Assembly (NCBI GenBank): GCA_016214545.1
Contig: JACROH010000001.1
Coordinates: forward strand, 189,750 to 253,749
Direction of reading: 5' to 3'
Length of the DNA stretch: 64,000 bases
From: Candidatus Lloydbacteria bacterium
GTDB lineage: Bacteria; Patescibacteriota; Minisyncoccia; Phycocordibacterales; 21-14-all-47-15
The notes below the pieces were generated by a model. It worked only from the letters and a program-made list of their open reading frames with translations. It made no database searches and was not told the origin of the DNA. The position numbers and the translations under genes were made by a program. Below are positions 59,829 to 64,000 of the stretch, in pieces; position 1 is the stretch's first letter, and every line of letters begins with the position of its first letter.

Positions 59829-62141
59829 ATGAGCGACCCTCGTCCGTTCAAAATAATCGGAATAAAGGGGATGCATTGCGCCTCGTGTGCGAGCATTATT
59901 GAAAAAACATTAAAAAAAACCGAGGGGGTCAGGTCGGCGGAAGTCAATTATGGAACCGAAACGGCGAAGATTGATTTCGATGAGTCAAAAACCGACCTGC
60001 AGAGTCTTTCAAAAAAAATAGAGCCGCTTGGCTATTCACTCAGGCTTCCCACCACCGCCACAGCGGAAGAAATGGGCATGTCTGCCGATGAGCATGCGGC
60101 TCATCTCGGGCTTCATCAATCAAAAAAAGAAAAATTGGCCGAGCTTGCCGGCATGAAAACAAAAGTTATCTCCTCGGCCCCGATTGTTATTTTCAGTCTG
60201 TTTGTTATGGCGTGGGGGATTCTTGCTCAATATGGCGCTGTTTCTCCAATTCCGCCTTCTTTTGAAAATTTTTTCCGCTTGCTTTTACCGCTTTTGGCGA
60301 CGTATATGCTTTTTGTCGTCGGCAAGCCGTATCTTTTGGGTGTGTATCGATTTTTCCGCTACGGGAAGGCAAATATGGACACGCTCATTGGCATAGGCAC
60401 ATCGGCGGCGTATCTCTATAGTGTTGCGGTCACTGTTTTTGAAGATGCTCTTCGCTCGTTCATTAATGTAGAACACACCTATTATGACGTAACGATTATC
60501 GTTGTCGCTTTTATTACGCTCGGCAAATATCTTGAAGCGCGTTCAAAATTGAAAACAGGTGATGCGATAGAGAAACTCCTCAACTTACAGGCGAAAACGG
60601 CTCTTGTTGTTCGGAACGGGCAAGAGCAAGAGATTCCGATAAGCGAAGTCGCCCACGGGGATATGCTCGTTGTAAAACCGGGTGTAAGAATACCGGTCGA
60701 CGGAATAATTGTCGAAGGCGAGTCTTTTATTGATGAAGCGTTGGTTACCGGCGAGCCGATGCCCGTTCTGAAAAAGCAGGGCGACTTTGTGGTTGCGGGG
60801 ACAATAAATACCAATAGCACGTTTACCTTTAAAGCGACAAAAGTGGGTTCAGAGACGCTCTTGGCCCGTATCATTAAAATGGTAGAAGAGGCGCAGGGGA
60901 GTAAGGCTCCGATTCAAGCGCTCGCCGACAAGATATCGAGCGTTTTCGTGCCGGTTGTATTGGCTCTTTCTTTTATCGCCCTCGGCGTGTGGCTTGCCGT
61001 AGGAACTCAATATCTCGGTTTTTCACAGGCGCTTTCATTGGGGCTCGTTTCATTTGTGGGCGTTCTCGTAATTGCGTGCCCCTGTGCGCTTGGACTCGCG
61101 ACGCCGACGGCAATTATCGTGGGAGTCGGCAAAGGCGCGAAAGAGGGGATTCTCATCAAAGATGCGGCAACGCTTGAAAAATTGCACAAGGTGAATGTGG
61201 TGGTTTTTGACAAAACAGGCACGGTCACTCGCGGGAAACCGGAGCTCACAAGCATTAAAAATTATTCAAAGCAAACAGATGCCGAAATCATCGGAATTCT
61301 CGCCTCCCTTGAAAAAAAATCGGAACATCCGATAGCCCACGCCATTACCGAGTATGCGCAAACGAATGGTATTGCGATTTTCAAGACGGAATATTTTGAA
61401 ATCATAAAAGGAAAAGGACTCAAGGGGACGATACATGAAAAAGAATATTTTGCCGGCAATGCGGCGTTGATTGCCGATCTCAAACTTTCATTTGATGCGG
61501 CGCGATTCAAACAGGAAACAAAAGAAGGGAAAACGCCGATAGTGCTCGCTACGGCAGAGGAGGTGCTCGGGGTTGTGATGGTCGCCGATGCGATAAAACC
61601 GGAAGCGGTTGAAGCGGTTAAAAAACTCCACGCGCTCGGCATCAAAACGGTCATGCTCACGGGGGATGACAAAAACACGGCGCTTTCAATTGCTCGTGAG
61701 GTCGGGATTGACGACGTAGTGCCCGAAGTATTGCCTGAAGACAAACTAAACAAAATCAAAGAACTTCAGCGCATAGGAAAAGTGGTGGCGATGGCGGGCG
61801 ATGGTGTGAATGATGCCCCGGCGCTTGCGCAGGCGGATGTCGGCATTGCCATGAGCACGGGGACGGATGTCGCTATTGAATCCGCGGGCATCACGCTTCT
61901 TCACGGTGACATTTCAAAACTGGCAAAAGCGATCATGCTTTCAAAAATGACTATGCGCGGAATCAAACAAAATCTTTTTTGGGCGTTTGTCTATAATATC
62001 GTTGGCATTCCGATTGCCGCCGGGGTTTTCTATCCGTTGTTCGGGTGGATGCTGTCGCCGGCATTTGCCGGCCTTGCGATGGCGTTTTCAAGTGTTTCCG
62101 TGGTCGCCAATTCACTGCGAATCAAAGCAAAAAATTTATGA
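59829..62141 (+). CDS. copA: Copper-translocating P1B-type ATPase
   Basis: HMA GMHCASC, TM CPCALGLATP, DKTGTVT, GDGVNDAP. Confidence 0.93.
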   Translation: MSDPRPFKIIGIKGMHCASCASIIEKTLKKTEGVRSAEVNYGTETAKIDFDESKTDLQSLSKKIEPLGYSLRLPTTATAEEMGMSADEHAAHLGLHQSKKEKLAELAGMKTKVISSAPIVIFSLFVMAWGILAQYGAVSPIPPSFENFFRLLLPLLATYMLFVVGKPYLLGVYRFFRYGKANMDTLIGIGTSAAYLYSVAVTVFEDALRSFINVEHTYYDVTIIVVAFITLGKYLEARSKLKTGDAIEKLLNLQAKTALVVRNGQEQEIPISEVAHGDMLVVKPGVRIPVDGIIVEGESFIDEALVTGEPMPVLKKQGDFVVAGTINTNSTFTFKATKVGSETLLARIIKMVEEAQGSKAPIQALADKISSVFVPVVLALSFIALGVWLAVGTQYLGFSQALSLGLVSFVGVLVIACPCALGLATPTAIIVGVGKGAKEGILIKDAATLEKLHKVNVVVFDKTGTVTRGKPELTSIKNYSKQTDAEIIGILASLEKKSEHPIAHAITEYAQTNGIAIFKTEYFEIIKGKGLKGTIHEKEYFAGNAALIADLKLSFDAARFKQETKEGKTPIVLATAEEVLGVVMVADAIKPEAVEAVKKLHALGIKTVMLTGDDKNTALSIAREVGIDDVVPEVLPEDKLNKIKELQRIGKVVAMAGDGVNDAPALAQADVGIAMSTGTDVAIESAGITLLHGDISKLAKAIMLSKMTMRGIKQNLFWAFVYNIVGIPIAAGVFYPLFGWMLSPAFAGLAMAFSSVSVVANSLRIKAKNL

Positions 62142-63169
62142 ATCAAGAAAAGAAAACCTATACGTTTCATGTCCACGGAATGCACTGCAATTCGTGTGTT
62201 GTGTTGACCGAAGGTGAATTGAAAGAGCACGAGCTGGTGGAGCACGCGGTCGCCAGCCTCAATACTTGTTCGGTAAAGGTGCGGGGTGATTTTGGAGAGA
62301 AAAGCGAAAGGGAAATCGGAGAAATCTTAAATCCGGTTCTTGAAAAGCACGGGTACAAACTTTCATTAGAAAAAGAAGAAAAAAAACCGCGGTGGGAAGA
62401 TTTTAAGATTGCGCTTCCTCTGGCTCTCGGGTTCATCGGGCTTTTTGTCGTCCTTCAAAAAATCGGCATTGTAAACCTCATCGGTTCCGGTGAGGTGTCG
62501 TATGGTACGATATTTTTAATCGGGCTCATTGCCTCCGTCTCCACCTGCATGGCGGTTGTGGGAGGGCTCGTGCTCTCGGTTTCCGCAAATTATGCGAAAG
62601 AAGGCGATAAGATACGGCCGCAAATTTTTTTTCATGCCGGAAGAATTATTTCTTTTTTTATTTTGGGAGGCGCCATTGGGGCGCTTGGCTCCGCGTTTCA
62701 GCTCGGCGGTACGGGAGCCTTTGTGGTGGCGTTGTTGGTCGGGCTGGTGATGCTTGTGCTTGGCATAAATCTTCTCGGGATATTTCCATGGGCAAAGAAA
62801 TTGCAGCCCACGCTCCCGACTTTTTTTGCAAATCATCTTTTGGAAGCCAAAAAAATAAACCACACGCTCACGCCGGTTTTGCTTGGCGTCATTACTTTTT
62901 TTCTGCCGTGCGGGTTTACCCAATCAATGCAGCTCTATGCGCTTTCGACGGGGGATTTTTTTGCCGGCGCATTCACCATGCTGGTATTTGCCCTGGGCAC
63001 CTTTCCGATGTTGGCACTGCTGAGCTTCACTTCGCTTGGCATACATGACAAAATAACTTCAAGCATCTTTTTTAAAACAGCGGGGCTTGTGGTTATCTTT
63101 TTTGCCGTTTTTAATATTTTAAGCAGCTTCGTGGCGATTGGTGCGCTACCGCCGATTTTTAACTTTTAG
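62138..63169 (+). CDS. HMA domain fused to a DsbD_2/UreH-like multi-pass membrane domain
   Basis: GMHCNSC at the N-terminus. 6-7 TM segments with FFLPCGFTQ. ATGA overlap with the copA stop. Confidence 0.7.
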   Translation: MNQEKKTYTFHVHGMHCNSCVVLTEGELKEHELVEHAVASLNTCSVKVRGDFGEKSEREIGEILNPVLEKHGYKLSLEKEEKKPRWEDFKIALPLALGFIGLFVVLQKIGIVNLIGSGEVSYGTIFLIGLIASVSTCMAVVGGLVLSVSANYAKEGDKIRPQIFFHAGRIISFFILGGAIGALGSAFQLGGTGAFVVALLVGLVMLVLGINLLGIFPWAKKLQPTLPTFFANHLLEAKKINHTLTPVLLGVITFFLPCGFTQSMQLYALSTGDFFAGAFTMLVFALGTFPMLALLSFTSLGIHDKITSSIFFKTAGLVVIFFAVFNILSSFVAIGALPPIFNF

Positions 63170-63179
63170 CATACGTATT

Positions 63180-63575
63180 ATGAGCGCAAAAACAACCGCT
63201 ATCGTCATCATTGTTATAGGGCTTCTCGTTGGTGCTTTTATTTTGCTTTTGGGCCCTGTCAACACATCCGAAAGCAAGGGAACCGTAGATAATGTGTCGA
63301 TTGTCGATGGGAAACAAATTATTAAAATCGGGGCAAAAGGAGGCTACCAGCCGAAAAATTCTATCGCAAAAGCGGATATTCCCACCGTTTTGCGCGTAGA
63401 AACTCGCGGAACATTCGACTGCTCATCAGCTTTGGCCATCCCCGACATAGGTTATCGGGCAAATTTGCCTCAATCAGGTGTTACGGAGATTAATATTCCT
63501 CCGCAGAAATCGGGAGCGGTACTGCAAGGACTTTGCGGGATGGGGATGTATACGTTCAAAGTGAAATTTCAGTAA
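63180..63575 (+). CDS. Anchored cupredoxin-like domain protein
   Basis: N-terminal TM segment. C-terminal FDCSS...LCGMGMYTFKVKF. ATG 63180 is preferred. Confidence 0.5.
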   Translation: MSAKTTAIVIIVIGLLVGAFILLLGPVNTSESKGTVDNVSIVDGKQIIKIGAKGGYQPKNSIAKADIPTVLRVETRGTFDCSSALAIPDIGYRANLPQSGVTEINIPPQKSGAVLQGLCGMGMYTFKVKFQ

Positions 63576-63635
63576 CCCAGAGGCATTCTCCAGGTGGTTG
63601 CAGAAAATTGCCAAAACCAATACAATTATTTTTAT

Positions 63636-64000
63636 ATGACTGGAAAAACTATTATGTGGTCTGTCGTGGGGGTTATCGTTCTTATTTTTGGCATGTATAT
63701 GATAAAAGCAAAAACCGATGCGACCCCGGGCAAGCTTGATTCGTTTGCCCAGTGTCTCAAAGATAAAGGTGCGGTTTTTTACGGTGCTTTCTGGTGTCCG
63801 CATTGCCAAAATCAAAAGGCGATGTTTGGAAAATCGGTGACCCTGCTTCCGTATGTCGAATGCTCCACCCCCGACGGGAAAGGTCAATTTCCGGTTTGCA
63901 AAGAAAAAAACATAGAAGGATATCCGACTTGGATTTTTGCCGATGGTTCACGCTTGACCGGTGAAGTGGCGCTCGAAATACTCGCAGAAAAAACCGGCTG
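63636..64000 (+). CDS. Anchored thioredoxin-fold protein (3' end outside window)
   Basis: My own translation from ATG 63636: MTGKTIMWSVVGVIVLIFGMYMI...GAFWCPHCQNQK...EGYPTW. The frame is open to the window edge. Confidence 0.7.
   Translation, partial: MTGKTIMWSVVGVIVLIFGMYMIKAKTDATPGKLDSFAQCLKDKGAVFYGAFWCPHCQNQKAMFGKSVTLLPYVECSTPDGKGQFPVCKEKNIEGYPTWIFADGSRLTGEVALEILAEKTG

Noticed and set aside
1-64000. Alternative genetic code (UGA recoding, as in some candidate phyla)
   Set aside because: Conserved genes terminate cleanly at TGA (e.g. sufC, copA, ogt-like), with downstream genes starting at ATGA overlaps. No in-frame TGA interrupts any conserved gene, so the standard code fits.

Overview
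Gene-dense (~90% coding) 64-kb stretch of a bacterial chromosome. It uses the standard genetic code and has Shine-Dalgarno sites, near-consensus TTGACA-17-TAnnnT promoters and many clean intrinsic terminators. The backbone is housekeeping: murF (3' end), rnr, rpsP-KH-trmD, rpoB-rpoC-dnaG-rpoD, sufB-sufU-sufC-DUF59, an aldehyde dehydrogenase, UDG and MutY-like repair genes, two cold-shock genes, typA, gdhA, pyk, def-fmt, priA, murA-mreB, holB, frr, rseP, htpX, two tRNAs (Asn-GTT, Ser-GGA), and a csoR-copA copper cluster running off the 3' edge. Short proteins, minimal pathways and many orphan small secreted or membrane proteins suggest a reduced-genome, possibly Patescibacteria/CPR-like organism; this is inference only, since no database search was possible. 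The most unusual region is the tRNA-Asn neighbourhood (40.8-44.3 kb). It holds a complete controller-methylase-nuclease operon inside a 2.9-kb cassette bounded by ~155-bp inverted repeats (97 nt identical) and flanked by a 10-bp direct repeat, with no recombinase gene. It also holds a duplicated tRNA 3' end enclosing a hairpin-rich spacer, and a small GIY-YIG ORF sitting exactly between two copies of the tRNA 5' end, with its stop codon inside the tRNA. tRNA-Ser shows the same 3'-end duplication architecture. Other points worth a second look: a Zn-ribbon/metallophosphoesterase fusion with a convergent Mrr-like protein, a pair of divergent ClpP-like genes, a stand-alone class II aaRS core, a 16-aa tandem-repeat (SGYQ) anchored protein, a GC-rich structured intergenic RNA candidate next to an HTH/NDT-like pair, a PriA homolog with degenerate Walker motifs, and two small conserved repeat/hairpin families. 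No CRISPR array, rRNA, transposase, integrase or reverse transcriptase was seen. All family assignments come from motif recognition by eye and need HMM or BLAST confirmation.
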